Origin: Paraspadella gotoi
Taxonomy: Eukaryota; Animalia; Chaetognatha
Length of the DNA: 64,000 nt
Assembly (NCBI GenBank): GCA_051294375.1
Contig: CM119269.1
Location: 4,122,557-4,186,556 of the forward strand
Reading direction: 5' to 3'
This document shows, piece after piece, positions 14,743 through 29,772 of the stretch. The translations under genes and the position numbers were made by a program. Each line of letters opens with the position of its first letter. Position 1 is the first letter of the stretch. The notes under the pieces were generated by a model, which worked only from the letters and a program-made list of their open reading frames with translations, had not been told where the DNA came from and did no database searches.

Positions 14743-17700
14743 NNNNNNNNNNNNNNNNNNNNNNNNNGCTTACATTGAAGCCGAAACATGTCCATTTTTC
14801 ATACAAAATAAATTCTTTGTTCAAAATAATAACAAACTATTCCCCTTTAATGCTACCAACGCAACGAAACGAAAGAAACAAAACAATTCCCGCTGTAATC
14901 ATTGTGCCACAGTTGCCACCGGAGTTGTAAGATAAATATAATTCCTGCTTACTTTTGAACCCGTTTTTAATGACCCGGGAGAAAAGACAAGTGAAATCCG
15001 GTATTTGTTCCGTCAAAGAATGCTTCCTTCAACATTTTTAAGAGCTAATCGAAAGTTAATTATTACTTGAAATAAATGGCACTTTCAGTGACTTCGCAAG
15101 GAATTTTATTACTTGTGGTAGCCTGAAAACTTCTATCTGTTAACCATTACGACTTATTAACTTTTTTATTACCAAAATCGATATAAATGTCAAAAAAAAA
15201 AAAAAAAAAAATTCAGTACAAATCACCTCGAATTAATAGAGTCTCTCACAGTTTCAATATAAAATTAAAAATTAAGTTTTAAATCTTCAAATAAAAATTT
15301 TGCATCTTAATTAATTAATTAATTAATTAAATTAATTAATTTATCAGAATCTAAAATAAAACACTCGTTCCTTCGTTGAGTCGACAATCAAAACTATTTG
15401 TCTCATGACAAAAAACTGGCTCAATAAAATTAGGGCCGATCCCACTTTAATTTCTGCTCGCTTTCGTCATCAAAGTTACAAAAGCGACCAGTTTTCAGGC
15501 GTAAGCCAAAGTTGTTATCTCTTAAACCTGTTTTTAACGAGGCTTTTTCAAGAATTGTTTACGAATAAGAAGGGCAGAGAAAGGGGGGAGAGAAGAAAAG
15601 AAAGGCAGAAAGTGGGAGACAGAGAGAGAGAGAGAGAGAGAGTTCTCGAATTTTTTGAAAATGTTACCGGTTTCGCCTCGCTGGTAGTCAACCGAATCTA
15701 AATAATTCGACGTATAGTCATAGTTGAGTTGAGTTGAGTTTTACTTTAATCAATGGTAATTTTAAAGCGGTGGAAACAAACGGGCGAGACAAATGTCACT
15801 GTTAAATGTCACGAAGTGAATCACAGATTGAATCGAAAATCCGTTAAAAAACAATTAATTTAAGTTTAATTGTTTATTTTTCATAGTTTGACTTATTTTT
15901 AAAAGAATATGTTCATTTACATTACTAAATGTAATTACGTAAACAAACATCTGACCAAATTTTTCATTCTCTTTTCACTCTCCTTCACTCTCTTGTCCTC
16001 AGCCTTAACCTATTCTCCAGGTCTGACCACGTACTTTCTTCAATCTTTGTTGTGAAACTTGCTCCCTCTTTCTCTCTCTCTTCCTTCTCTCTCATCTCTC
16101 TCTCTCTGCTCTCTTCTCTCTCATCTCTCGTCCAACTTCAAACTCTTGAAATATAATTTATCAAAAATTCAATTTCACTTTGCGCTGATGAAAATTTTGC
16201 TCCATTGAAAGTTTTCTCAGAAATGTATGAATAATTTTATCTCATTGACTTTCAGGTCATGTGACCGTACTTTCCTTTGTCCAAAAAAAGGGAGGGGGTC
16301 AGCTCTATTTTGAGCTCTTTCTTTTCTTATTTTTCACTTTCTTTCTCTTTACCTATTCTCTATCTTTATGAAATTGGTACAACCAATATAAAAATTATCC
16401 ATTCATTTAATAAATAAGCTATCTTGCCCCTGACTTTGGACAGGCTTTGTTGGTTTAAGGCCTCCATCACTCTTACAAGATAATGACATAGCAGGTCCCT
16501 GCAAGCTTTCAATCAAGACTCTCTCACAGTCTCGTTTATTCACTCCCAGAGTACCTGGCTTCCCTATCAATGAAGTGGAAAATATTTCAAAGAATGTTTC
16601 AATTGTATGAAAAGACCACTCCCTTAAGTATTAGATCAGGGAATACTTATTGTACTCCGCACTAGCATCAAAATACAAGGAGCTGAATTTTATCTTTGAT
16701 ATTTCATTTTTCATTCTCCTATTAATCTAAAATAAATAGAAAGAATTATGAATAAAATGATTTAATTAAATTTCATCGGGAAAATTAACTAATTAATATC
16801 GTTACAATAAAAAAGAATAAATTGATGACATGCAATGTATTAAAAGAAAAAAAATTATAAAATATATCTTAGTACACTCAATTAGATAAAATAGAGACTT
16901 ATAAACAGAATAGAAAATATTTCATTTTTGAATAAAAAATTATATTAATATTAAATACACACAAATGGCAGCTGATAAAACGCTTCAGAATTTTAGCAAT
17001 ATCTAAATTTGACAAAAAACAAAACAATTTTTGGAACAATAGAAAGGTTTTAATTTGGCAAAAAACCTCTTTGGATTTCACCTATAAAAACAAAAGGCAC
17101 AACGAGGGCGAACGCGCAACGTTTTTTCGCCTCCGCATTCGCCTCCCCTTCTCCCAACTTTTTTGACTCTTGTCCAAGTTCGCCACCTCAAAAAACATGC
17201 GCCTCCCGCGCGTTTTCACTCCGCCCTCGCTGCGGTATCGCGTCTGCATCTCTGCCTTGCTGATCTATTTTCATTCATCCACCACTACTAAGCTCTCTCA
17301 TAGGAAGTCGTTCTGGCCCTCGCGAACGCAGGCCCGTGATATTTTCCGTATCCCACCACTACCTCGCTTCTTACAGGAGTCGTGCGCTGAGTGCTGCCTA
17401 GGATCTGCGCTGATAAGTGACCTGTTGATATTTTTTCCTCATCCACCCTACTAAGCTCTTATAGTGCGGCCTGATTGGCAGAAACCTGGCGAGGAAAGCA
17501 AATGGCGTAGGGAAAGACATGGTATGAACGCGTGAGGAATTAACGCGTGAGAAGGTCAAAGTTCAAGCAGCTGAGAGAGGCGGAGCGAAAAGGAGAAAGA
17601 GGAGGGTGTGAGGATGATAAGTGCGGTAGGTAGGTAGTAAGTACTCGAAGTGATGACGAGGCACGGATGTGGGTTGAGGTCAAAGGAAATAGTAAAATAG

Positions 17701-20627
17701 AGCGGTGGCGGAAATTATCCTTTCTCTAATTTTGCAGACATGCTTTTTTTTGTGTTTTTCTTGCTTTTCTGGGTTTTTTATTTTCCTTTCTTAATAATAG
17801 CCATTTATCATATAAATACATAATTTTCAGTTTACAACCTCCTCGCCCCCCCCCCCCGATCCCTCACCCGCCCCTCTCCCCATAATCATCTCCAGGACGA
17901 TCCGATCCCCACCGCCTACCTCCTCACATCCCCGCAACTCAGCCTCGCCCCCAACGGGTCCGGTCACGGCCCGGACTTGTTTGGGGCCGGAGACGCCCTG
18001 CGCGACTCCAATCGTGGCGGCGGTTTCATGTTCCGCGACGCTTCGGCCGTTTCCCGTCGGCGTATCGGTTCGTCGGGGAGAAGGACTCCTCCGCCGCTGC
18101 GGGACTCGTCCGGATTTTTGGGCCTCGCCGTAGCCGGGTGAGGGGAATCCGGATTTCTCGGCCGACTTTGACATTTTTTTACTTCTTTGGTCGGGTATAC
18201 TTGTTTTTTTTTTGTTAATATTTCCTTTTTTTTTTTCTTTTCCTAATTTGTAACAGTAAAAAATTAGCAAAAGTACAGAATCTTTCTCTTCTTTTTATAT
18301 TTATATTACTTCAAGAGTTTTATTTTATCCAATTAACAAAATCATTTTAAAAGAATGTTTAAATAAAATCAGTCGATACCTTAAATTTTTTATTCATCCT
18401 AGTTTTTCTTTTAAATTGTTTGTTATTAAAAGCTGAAAAATCTTTTAAAATTACCGCATCTTTACCTTTTTAGCAAAAAAATTTTAAATTTGAAAAAGAT
18501 TTTTCTTCTTTACCAATTTTTTAAAGAAAAAAGCTGCTGATTTTTATCGAATTTTTTTACTACTTTCCCAAATTGATTATAGAAAAAAAAATTAGTATGA
18601 TTCAGAAACCAGCTTAATAAAGGCGCGTCAAACGTTATGTTTCAGCTTTTTACCCCCCATGTTCACTTGGTCCCTATTACTTCTTTTCTTTCTTCTTTGA
18701 TTTCTCCCTTCAATCAAAATCCTCCCCCACCCCCACCCCCCCGCTTTCTCCCTCAGAACCTCAAGCGTCGCAAAGGCCCCAAGATCACCTTCTCCACTAC
18801 GGACGCCGGCGCCGTTCAGCCCGACGCCGATTCCGGCACTTCCTCCGACGCCACCTCGGGCGCCGGCGCCCGCCTCCACTTCCTCCTTCTGCAAGACCCG
18901 GGGCCCTCGCACTTTCAAAAGCCGGCGCGCCTCAGCGGCGCGGCGTTGATGATAGCGTCACCCGCTTTCGAGGGAGACGTCGCCGTCGCCCGTGGACCAG
19001 CCGGACGTCGCCGACGCCGCACGACGCCGCCCGGGAAATGTCGGCTTCATCATGCTGGAGGAGACGGCGTATCCCGTCGGCAGCGTCGTCCGCCGCGTCG
19101 GCTGCGCGGCGAATGACGGGGAGGATCGAGAGTGTCTTCCGCTGCTGCGGCGTTCGACAGTCGGCGGAAGGTCGAAGGTTATTTTTGTCGGGAAAGAAGG
19201 AGAAGGAGGAGGCGTTGTGAAATCTCTTTTTAAATATGGACAAAAAAAAACTAAGTACGTTTAATAAACATTGTTTTTATGAATCGTTTAGAACAAACGA
19301 ACGTTAGAATGAAAAGAAGGCTAGTGAAAAAACTTTTCACAAAATCGCCAAAGAGTTTGTTATGGCCGAAGCTGGAAGGATGATTTTGGAAATATGCAAT
19401 GTTGACATTAGTAAATAATTCGCCCAAATTTAAACACTCTATTCACTACTTATTAATTTATTGTCCTTAAAATGACCCCAAGTTCGTCACCGCCGCTTTC
19501 GCTCGCTCGTGTGTTTTTTAAAGCGGATTTTTCGATTCAATCTGTGATTCCACTTCGTGACATTAACAAGTGACATGTTTGTCCGTCGCCCATTTGTTGT
19601 TCACCGGCTTTTAAAAATTAACCCGATTGAATTAAAGTAAAACTCACTCAAACTCACTATGCTTGACGTCGAATTAGTCTAGATTACGTTGACTACCAAG
19701 CGAGGGCGAAACCGGTAACATTTCTTCAAAAAATTCGAGAACCTCTCTCTCTCTCTCTCTCTGCTGTCGCTCCGCACTTTCTGCCTTTTCTTTTCTTCTC
19801 CTCTGCCCCCTTTTCTCTGCCCTTCTTATTCGTTAACATGTCTTGGAAAAAGGCCTCGTTAAAAAACAGGTTAAGAGATAACAACTTTGGCTTACGCCTG
19901 AAAACTGGTTCGTTTTGTAACTTTGATGACGAAAGCGAGCAGAAATTAAAGTGGGATCCGCCCTAATTTTATTGAGCCAGTTTTTTGTCATGAGACAAAT
20001 AGTTTTGATTGTCGACTCAACGAAGGAACGAGTGTTTTATTTTAGATTCTGATAAATTAATAATTTAATTAATTAATTAATTAATTAAGATGCAAAATTT
20101 TTATTTGAAGATTTTAAAACTTAATTTTTAATTTTATATTGAAACTGTGAGAGACTCTATTAATTCGAGGTGATTTGTACTGAATTTTTTTTTTTTTTTT
20201 TTTTGACATTTATATCGATTTTGGTAATAAAAAAGTTAATAAAGTCGTAATGGTTAACAGAATAGAAAGTTTTCAGGCTACAACAAGTAATAAAAATTCC
20301 TTGCGAAGTCAACTGAAAAGTGCCATTTATTTTCAAGTAATAATTAACTTTCGATTAGCTCGTTTAAAAATGTTGAAGGAAGCATTCTTTGACGGAACAA
20401 ATACCGGATTTCACTTGTCTTTTTCTCCCGGGTCATTAAAAACGGGGTTCAAAATTAAGCAGGAATTATATTTATCTTACAACTCCGTGCAACTGTGCAC
20501 AATGATTACAGCGGGAATTGTTTTGTTTCTTTTCGTTTCCGTTGGGCGTTTCGGGTATAGACATTAAAGGGCGGGTAATAGTTTTGTTTATTATTTTGAA
20601 CAAAGAATTTATTTTGTATGAAAAATG

Positions 20628-20660
20628 GACATGTTCGGCTTCAATGTAAGCCTTCATCAG
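20628..20660 (-). ncRNA. Minimal hammerhead-like motif (same locus as 4800-4830; split copy at 14768 and 16185)
   Basis: CTGATGA-a-ggctt[acattg]aagcc-GAA(A)CATGTC, with a different but still pairing helix II. Confidence 0.45.
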
Positions 20661-20706
20661 CGCAAAGTGAATTGAATTTTGATAAATTATGTTCACAGAG
20701 TTTGAA

Positions 20707-20770
<64 letters not shown>

Positions 20771-21029
20771 AAGAGGGAGCAAAGTTTCCAAGAAAGAATT
20801 GAGAAAAGTACAGTGGTAGACTGCGAGAATAGGTTAAGGCTGAGGACAAGAGAGTGAAGGAGAGTGAAAGAGAATGAAAAATTTTGGTCAGATTTTGTTC
20901 GTAAATCATTTAGTAATGTAAATGAAAATAATTTTTTAAAATAGTAAACTATGAAAAATAGACAATTAACTAAATTAAGTTTTAGGATTAATAGGAGAAT
21001 GAAAAATGAAATATCAAAGATAAAATTCA

Positions 21030-21350
21030 GCTCCTTGTATTTTGATGCTAGTGCGGGAGTACAATAAGTATTCCCTGATCTAATACTTAAGGGAGTGGTC
21101 TTTCATACAATTGAAACATCTTTGAAATATTTTCCACTTAATTGATAGGGAAGCCAGGTACTCTGGGAGTGAATGAACGAGACTGTGAGAGAGTCTTGAT
21201 TGAAAGCTTGCAGGGACCTGCTATGTCCATTATCTTGTAAGAGTGGATGGCGAGGCCTTAAACCAACAAAGCCCTGTCCAAAGTCAGGGGCAAGATAGCT
21301 TATTTATTAAAATGAATGGATAATTTTTATATTGGTTGTACCAATTTCAT
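21030..21350 (+). repeat. Dispersed repeat family (ccaaagcctgtccaaagtcaggggcaagatag core)
   Basis: Independent copies at 26450-26630 (rc), 34455-34555, 39455-39710 (rc) and 45650-45740 (rc); redundant copies at 5230-5550, 7600-7780 and 16355-16690. Confidence 0.7.
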
Positions 21351-22126
21351 AAAGATAGAGAATAGGTTAAAGAGAAAGAAAGTGAAAAATAAGAAAAGAA
21401 AGAGCTCAAAATAGTAAGCTGACCCCCTCCCTTTTTTTGGACAAAGGAAAGGTACGGCACATGACCTGAAAGTCAATGAGATAAAATTATTCATACATTT
21501 CTGAGAAAAATTTCAATGGAGCAAAATTTTCAAAATGGCAAGAAAAGCATTAGTAATTAATTTTTTAATATTTATTATAGATAGGAAATGTCAAAAATTT
21601 TTTTTTGGAATTTTTTATTTTTAAAAGCGATTCAAATAGCTTATGAAAAGTTATCTACACAAAGTATAAATTCTTTTTTCAATATTGGATGATAAGTGGG
21701 TATTAAAATTGAGAAAAACCTTAAAAATAATCGATCATCATCATCTATCCGATGATGTTTAAAGGCAGGAAGCAGTTTTTTTACTAATTTTTATAATTAA
21801 AACATCAAAAATTTTAAAAAGTTGTAATTTAATTTTTGCTTAACTCTTTTAAGCTCTAATCAGAATCAATTAAAAAAACTTAAAATATCCCAAAAAAATT
21901 GTTTAACATTATATAGCAAATATAATAATTATTAATTTAGCGAATTACTTCATGGTTCGGAACATTTTTGCAAAAAATATTTTAAAACAAACAAAAATAA
22001 TTTAATACCAATTAGTTAAATGNNNNNNNNNNNNNNNNNNNNNNNNNTACCAAATAACAACGAAAAAGAAAGGATTATCACATGTAAAGTGGAATTTACT
22101 TTAAAAAAACTTTTATTACGAATTAC

Positions 22127-24109
22127 ATGAAAGACGCAGTGAAGCTGTTCTCCTTGACAATAACGACGTAGTCGTAGTCTTTGGAATACGCCTTGATTAA
22201 GAAAGCAGAATATATACGATCAAATTTTTTCAATCCTCAATTTTAACAATGATTCGTTGCAACGTACCCTGCACTCCCTGAAACCGGCATAGAATCCTTT
22301 TGGCAAACCAGTGACCGACACTTTGATCCAGTCTCCTATTTTGACCATGCCGGTTTCTTTATCGTCTCCCCAGCGATCGCCTCCCATTTTCATGCGTATA
22401 TCTGTCCACATGCCTCCCATCTTGACGTGAAGCCTGAAAACAAAGTATCAAGTTAAAAAAAAGGGGGAAAAAAAGGGGGGGAAAAAAAATTAAACTCACG
22501 AAAGGCGTAATTTCATCTCCATGTTCATGTTTTCTGTTCTGCTATTGATTTGGAGTTTAGTAGATACGTGGGACATTCCCTTGTATTCGCAACTGAAGAA
22601 GGAGCCAATGAAATGATTAAACAAACAAATTAAGAAATAATTTTTGAAACTATTAACAATGTGCTCACACGAGATCGAATTCCTCAATTCTGCTTGGTTT
22701 CTCCACTTGAGTTTTGTTCAGTTCGTTCTTGTATTCTTCTTTGGCAATTTTCTCCACCATCGAAAGGAAATATGAGATGTTTACCTCCATCTTATTGTCA
22801 GAGTTGAGGGTGACGTTCGCAAACTTTTTCATGAGGGCTTCCCCGGTTTTTTCGAGAAAATCTTCCACGTCGATATCCTCACGCTCCTTCTCCACCATTT
22901 CGAGGAGAATCTCGAGGGCCTCGTCTCCGACCTTGTCCTCGATGAAATCCTTCAACTCGATCACGTCTTTCGTCTTCGTTTTCTTGAAGGCCGGGTTGTT
23001 GAGGCTCTGGTTGTTCATCGTCGCGTTCAACCACATCATGTGATTCGGGTGAAGCGTGTCGTTGATGTGGACGTCCTTGAAGCCAAGATCCGCGGTGCCG
23101 TTGGGAAACTTGATCTTCAGTTTTTCGAGCAGCTTTCCGCCGAACTTATGAAGAAACTCTCTGGCTTCCTTCTCGATTCTTTCAAACTCTTTTTCATAAC
23201 GATGGGTATTCTTGAAGCAGTCATCCTTGAACTGTAAGTTCAAATGTGCCTCGTATTTGGTGTTGTCTCCGCTCGCTCTTCCCTTGGAGTAATACTTCTT
23301 CTCGGTTTTCTGCATTCAAAGATTAACAGACGAATCAATAGTTCAATGAATACAATTTCGAGTAAATGAATGAATGATGGGAAACGTTTTATATACGAGG
23401 GCGATGAGAGAATCCCCGACTCACCATATTGGTGCATCTATTGACATCGATGACGGCTCGGGCCATTTCCCAATCGTCCCATTCTTCAAACGGCAAACCA
23501 CGCGGCAGGTGGTCGGGGGAGAAATATTCTTTAACCCCCTCCATCATTTTATGAAAGTCTTTTTTCTGCGGACGAGAAAATAAATACGACACGAATGCTT
23601 TAATATATTTTCAAAAGGTTTAAAAGGAGTTTTAAAAAAAAGTTACCTTGTAGAGTTGATAATCGGATTCGACCATATAATGACCCATGTTCTCGGGATG
23701 GGTCAAAGTATCCCAAATCAACTGCGTGTAATTTTGGTCGATGTCCTTGAGCTGTTGACGCAAGTAGATCATCGTGGAGATGACGTCCATGTTCTTTCTC
23801 TTTTCCGGATCCCATTCCATGTACTTTTCCATGCCGGTGTAGTATTTCTTTATCAAATCGTCCAATTTCATGTGATGCATCTTCAGTACGTCGTCAATCT
23901 TCATATGAGCGTATTTTTTTATTTCATCGACGCTCTTGATGCCCATTTCATTGAGAAACATCATTATATACTTGACGACTCCTTGGACGTCAGTCTTGAA
24001 GGGACAATAGGCATAATCGTCACTGCCTTTCGGGTGAAAAGAGATCCAGAACTGAAAGGGGGAAAGTAATTTGAATCAAAAGACCGATTTACGTACTTAC
24101 TTTTTTTTC

Positions 24110-24204
<95 letters not shown>

Positions 24205-24688
24205 TTCTCTCTACTCACGTCCTCGATTTCGCAGTCATCCTTTTTCGACATATACTCGACGACCATCTTGATCTTTCCAGACTTATCGCATCGGCATTCC
24301 ATGGTGAGGCCATTGTTATCGCCAAAGTCGACCATGTCCTTTCCGGTGTTGTACATGCCCGCTGGCATGCTGACGCCTGAAGAGATAAATACCAAAAGTA
24401 ATTAAAGAAAAGGTCGTTTCACTTTTAAATGTTAAATCCACATGCATGAGTTGAGCGGTGGTAAAGTTAACAATATTGTTGAGCATTGCGAGAGTCAGAT
24501 CTTAAAATTGATTGTATCACAACCTTTCACCGTCTTCTTTTTCAGAAATCTAGATTGCCACTAACCAAGCTTTACACAAGCTTAGTTTCCTTTACCAATT
24601 GCTTACTTTCTCGCCAATAATCACGGCGTCCTCCCTTACCTATCAGCGACGCGACGAGAAGAGTTGCCAACCAAATAGTCGCCGCCAT
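22127..24688 (-). CDS. Paralog A exons 1-8 (SP, split ZP-N, first part of ZP-C); clean copy
   Basis: Exons 24688-24640, 24376-24219, 24051-23647, 23565-23425, 23309-22669, 22592-22500, 22433-22268, 22191-22127. Phases match paralog B and lengths are near-identical; starts MAATIWLATLLVASLIG. Confidence 0.88.
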
Positions 24689-24806
24689 CTTTTTTTTTTT
24701 GTGGAGCAGAATAAGTTAAAGAGAAATACTATTTTTTTTCCTTTTTAAATCCGATTGGTTTTCGGTGCGGTTTCCACCGTCGATAGACCGATCTTTTGGG
24801 AGACAC

Positions 24807-24820
24807 CTATTTATAAAGGG
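24807..24820 (-). promoter_or_regulatory. Candidate TATA box of paralog A
   Basis: cctttATAAATAgg about 120 nt upstream of the ATG; also present in the + copy at ~9521. Confidence 0.4.
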
Positions 24821-25364
24821 AGGAGGAAGAGGAGGAGAAGCGGGGGTCTCGGGGAATGAATACACCGGGCCGAATGACGAACCAACCGGTTTAGATCGAG
24901 GCTAGGGTGAGTTAGCAGCTCGTGATCGTACTTACCCGTCGGATATCGGTCAAGTCAATGTCACGCGAAGATTTAGTGACGTCGGAAATGAAGGACGTGA
25001 GATCGTTGACGCAAAAGATTAATCAGTTATAGGGAAATGTGATTAAAGGTAATGCGATGTTATAATTTAGTCGATACCATGAGCATAAAACGGGCTTTTA
25101 AATTCAGATGGTCCTACGATCATTACAAATTAAAATCTAGTTTTTTTAATAAATAAAATAAATAAATAATTAAAATCTAGTTTTTTTTTTCAATTTGAAA
25201 CGATTTTGACCTGAAAATCAATTTAAATTCATTATTTCAAATAAAAAAATCAAATCTGCGTTTCTATCTAAAATATGATCACAAAATTTGAGAAATCACA
25301 TTCAATTTATGATATCTAAAAGCTTTCGACTTCAAGCAATTGTATTCTCTCAACTCAACTCAAT

Positions 25365-25630
25365 AATGAATGGAATTAAATGAATTGAATAAAATGAATT
25401 GAATGAAATGAATGAAATGAATTGAATAAAATGAATTGAATAAAATGAAAAGAATTGACTAAAATGAATTGAATGAAATGAATTGAATAAAATGAATTGA
25501 ATGAAATAAATTGAATGAAATGAATTGTATGAAATGAATTGAATGAAATGAAATGAATGAAATAAATTGAATAAAATGAATTGAATAAAATGAATTGAAT
25601 AAAATGAATTAAATAAAATGAATTGAATGG
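25365..25630 (+). repeat. 10-bp period tandem repeat (aatgaattga/ataaa variants); reverse complement at 8620-8830
   Basis: Visible tandem repeat. Confidence 0.85.
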
Positions 25631-26639
25631 AATTTTGTATGTGGGTAGGAAAGTGTGTGATTGAGCAGGAAATCAAGTATCGATGGAATCGTTTGAGTGG
25701 AAATGAGTTTAAAAAAACAAAGAACCTGTTTAACTAATTGATTATGCTTTATTTTATTTTTATTTTAAATGTGAATGCAGGGTGTATTAATTAATCAAAT
25801 AATTAATCAGTTAATTAATCAATTAGTCGATAAATTAATCAATAATTAATCAATCAGATCCGACATTGTTTGCTCAAACTTGTTGCATAATTTATCATAA
25901 TTCGATGTTCTGACATGATATTAGTGAGTGCCCGACAAGATTGAGGGGGCGGACCGACGGACCGACAAAGTGAATTATAGAGTCGGGATCTGCTGATAAG
26001 CACATCCGACTAAAAACCGGTTCGGGGGTCCCGGGACTCTGGACCGATTCGAGCCGACGCCCAAAACCATTTGAAATCAGTATTCGAGAAAACAGGAACT
26101 GTTTTGAAAATTGTCCCGCGCGGAGAAGCGCAAAAGCGGAGAAGAATTTCCGTCGCCGGTACGTCTCAATGGTACTCACTCTCCCGAGGGACTGGGAGAA
26201 ATTTCCAATTTATTTTTATACAGAGGAGAATAGACGGGATATACGAGCTGGTAGAATTGATTGACTTATATTTTGAAATTGGTCTGAGTAAACTATATTA
26301 TGAAAGACATCAAATCGTTGTGAAGGGATTAATTAAGGATCTTTGGATTATACGTCGGTCTTACTAAAAGCTATTAGTATTACCCCAGACCTTCGGGCTG
26401 GGAATTCGAAAGTCTAACTCTGTCGGTACGGTAGATATTCCCTAGATAGGCCTCCATCACTCTTACAAGATAATCACATAGCAGCTTTCAATTAAAACTT
26501 TCTCACAGTTTCGTTTATCCATTCCCAGAGTACCTGCCTTCCCTATCAATGAAGTTGCATAATATTTCAAAGTACTCCGCCTACCATCAAAATACAGGGA
26601 GCGGAATTTTATGAAATTGGTAAAACCAATTTATATTAA

Positions 26640-26890
<251 letters not shown>

Positions 26891-28169
26891 CATTATATCT
26901 TTTTTCTTTTTTTTTCTCGACGACGACTCGACGACGAACTGATGATGAACTTCGATTAACAACGCCCTCAGTCGCGACAACTCGAAGTAAGGGAGGTATA
27001 TTCACACTGCCTCACAGCCTCGGAAACGTTTTTTTACGATTGACGATTTTTGGCTCTGAAATCGTTTTCCAACTTTCGATTTCATTGTCGTCAGAAAACC
27101 AGATCCCTATACTAAAGAAAACAACTTTGGTTCTCTCCCGTAGGGAGACAGTCCGGTCTTGGCGTGGAAAGAGCGCGAAGGGATCACGCGGTGGTACAAC
27201 GAGATTGACGCAGGCTGAGGGCCGTACGACCGGCGGCGAATCGCAGCCGGGGCGCGGACTTTTTTTTATTTTGGAGGAAAGGGTCTCGCGCCCACGCTTT
27301 GTTTTATTAAGGAAAGACGGAAAGACGGATTTTAGCGGATTAGAAAAGTGACAAATCTGCCATCGTTCTTAAGGGAGCAAGGTTTGACAGAGGGGGGGGG
27401 GAATTGAATTAAAAGTGTTTTAATTAGTATATTTTATCAATCAACTTTTTAATACGACGCGGACGGGATTGACGGGCTGATTGTTTATTTACCGTCATTC
27501 ATCCAGACTTTGGTCAGTAAGTTCAGAAGTGTTGGGGTGAGTTATCGAGCAAGGTTTTTGCCACGACGGAAGCAATAACCAATAACAGTTTCGTGAACGG
27601 ACGCGAATCGATCGCGATGAGACGGTCTCGATACAATTTGTATTTTTAATATTTTGTCCTCGATACTTTTCCTTAATCTGATTCATTCTCGATGTTTATA
27701 AAGTATTCACAACAACAACGACAACACCCGTCTCCTTCAATGCTACAACGACGACGAAAAAACTTACTTGACGACAAATTAAAAAAAAAAGAACAACGAC
27801 AAGAATCGCATTTCAAAAATAAAAAAAACAAAAAAAAAACACGAAAAGGTAAGGTAATCAAACCGGGTACTGTTCAAATGCTGCTACGCATCTCTCTCGT
27901 CTTATAATAAGAACAAGCACCTTATCGTTTATCGCTTATTTTAGCGGGAGCCGACCAAATTCAAATTTTAATGGGAACAGAAAGTCTTTTTTTTTTTTTT
28001 TTAAAGTGGAATTTAGAGGAAACAAAGTGTTTTTTGAATTTGTTACAACGATTTATTTTCAATAAAGGGACATGTTTCGACTCTTTGGGTTCGAGTCTTC
28101 TCAGCATTTGAAATTCACAAACTTTTCAGTTGTTTTCATTGACTTTGGAGAGAAGAAGGAGAGAGAGAT

Positions 28170-28229
<60 letters not shown>

Positions 28230-28620
28230 CGAGAGAGAGAGAGAGCTTCCAACAAAGAATTGAGTAAAGGACAGTGGTCAGATGTGAGGATAGGTGAAAA
28301 AAAAAAAAATCGTTGTAACAAATTCAAAAACACTTGTTTTCCTCTAAATTTTTAATGCTTTATTGCCTAATGTTTAGATTAATTTTTTAAATTTATTTGT
28401 TTATTATGAAATAATGCTTTCCTAATTTATCGATCGATNNNNNNNNNNTTTAGATTAATTTTTTTAATCTATTTGTTTATTATGAAATAACGTTTTCTTA
28501 ATTTATCGATCGATTAATCAATTAAAAAAAAAATATAACTTTTTATTTTTACAAATTAATTAAAATTAATTAAAAAATTATCCATTTTTTATTTTTTTTT
28601 TTTTTTTACAAATTTTTTAC

Positions 28621-29772
28621 CTCCTTTTTCGTCCGTAAGGCTGAGCGTTCTGACCGGGGGGCGCGGTCATGCCATTCATGGCACCGCCCATTTGTCCACC
28701 CATCATCATGCTCATCATTTTACTTCCACCCTTCTTGGTGCAGGCTGAGTCGTCGAAGCCATGATCCAGGGTCTTGTCGGCGCAGATGTCGACGTCGCAC
28801 TCGAGTTCCACGCTGTTCTTGTCCATCGTCCTCGCCTTCTCCGACCACGAGAACGCCTGGAACTTGATCACGGCGTTCTCGTATTCGCCGTCGTGGCGCT
28901 CGACGGCGTGAGATTCCCAATCCTCATTCCTGTACGGAGAGAGAAGTTTGGTCGAAACCTCTCTCTCTTCTCTCTCTCTCTTCTCTCTTCTTCTCTCTCT
29001 CTTCTCTGCTCTCTCTCTCTCTCTCTCTCTTCTGCTCTCTTTATTCTCTGACTTTTTCTCTTTTCATAAAATATTAGTTTTTCTTTCTTTTGGATGAAAT
29101 TAGTCAAGTATCTGGAAAAACAATTGCTTTTAGAAAGACACGTTTGTGTTATTCGTTTGCTGTTGACGCATTCAAAGGATGCAGCACAGGGATTCTGGAG
29201 ACACTCATTCACATCTGTCAAATAACCAAAGAGAGAAGAATTAAAGATACTGTAGTTGTAATTGTCAATAGACATGAGTTTTTTTTAGAAATTGGTACAA
29301 ACTGTCCATATTTTTGACAAATAATAATAATATTGATAAATAAATGACTATATACATATTATTTTTTTATTACATCTAAAGGGTAACTTAATTATTCAAA
29401 ATTATCCTCGAACAGTTTCAATCCTTTAATAACTGAACTTGTTTTCAAAAACCATTTCATTTTTTTTGTCTGACTATGCTTAGTATGCAATGCTTACCCT
29501 CACAAGACGGCGGGATTTGTGGGACCCAAGCGGTGGCCGTACGGTAGTAAATGAGGCCATCGGCCTTTTGCACCATCTCACGACAGCGTTGAGTGGCGGC
29601 ACCTTTGTTGATAAATCCTGAATCGCACACAAATGTGGCTTGTGATCCTATCTTCACATCGTCAGTTAGACTCGTCTTTCCATTCACGACCGACGGACGA
29701 GAGTTGCACTCCTCGCGTCCCATCACGACAAAGTTCATTGTGAGCTTTTGCGCCGGTTCGGTGGAGACGGAT
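28621..29772 (-). CDS. Paralog A exon 9 (28929-28621; ZP-C end, Met-rich linker, RKRR), exon 10 (29772-29498; Sushi) and start of exon 11 (29214-~29158; EGF), out of order
   Basis: Translations align to paralog B exons 9-11. The natural order is seen in the + strand copy at 32.6-34.2 kb. Confidence 0.85.
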
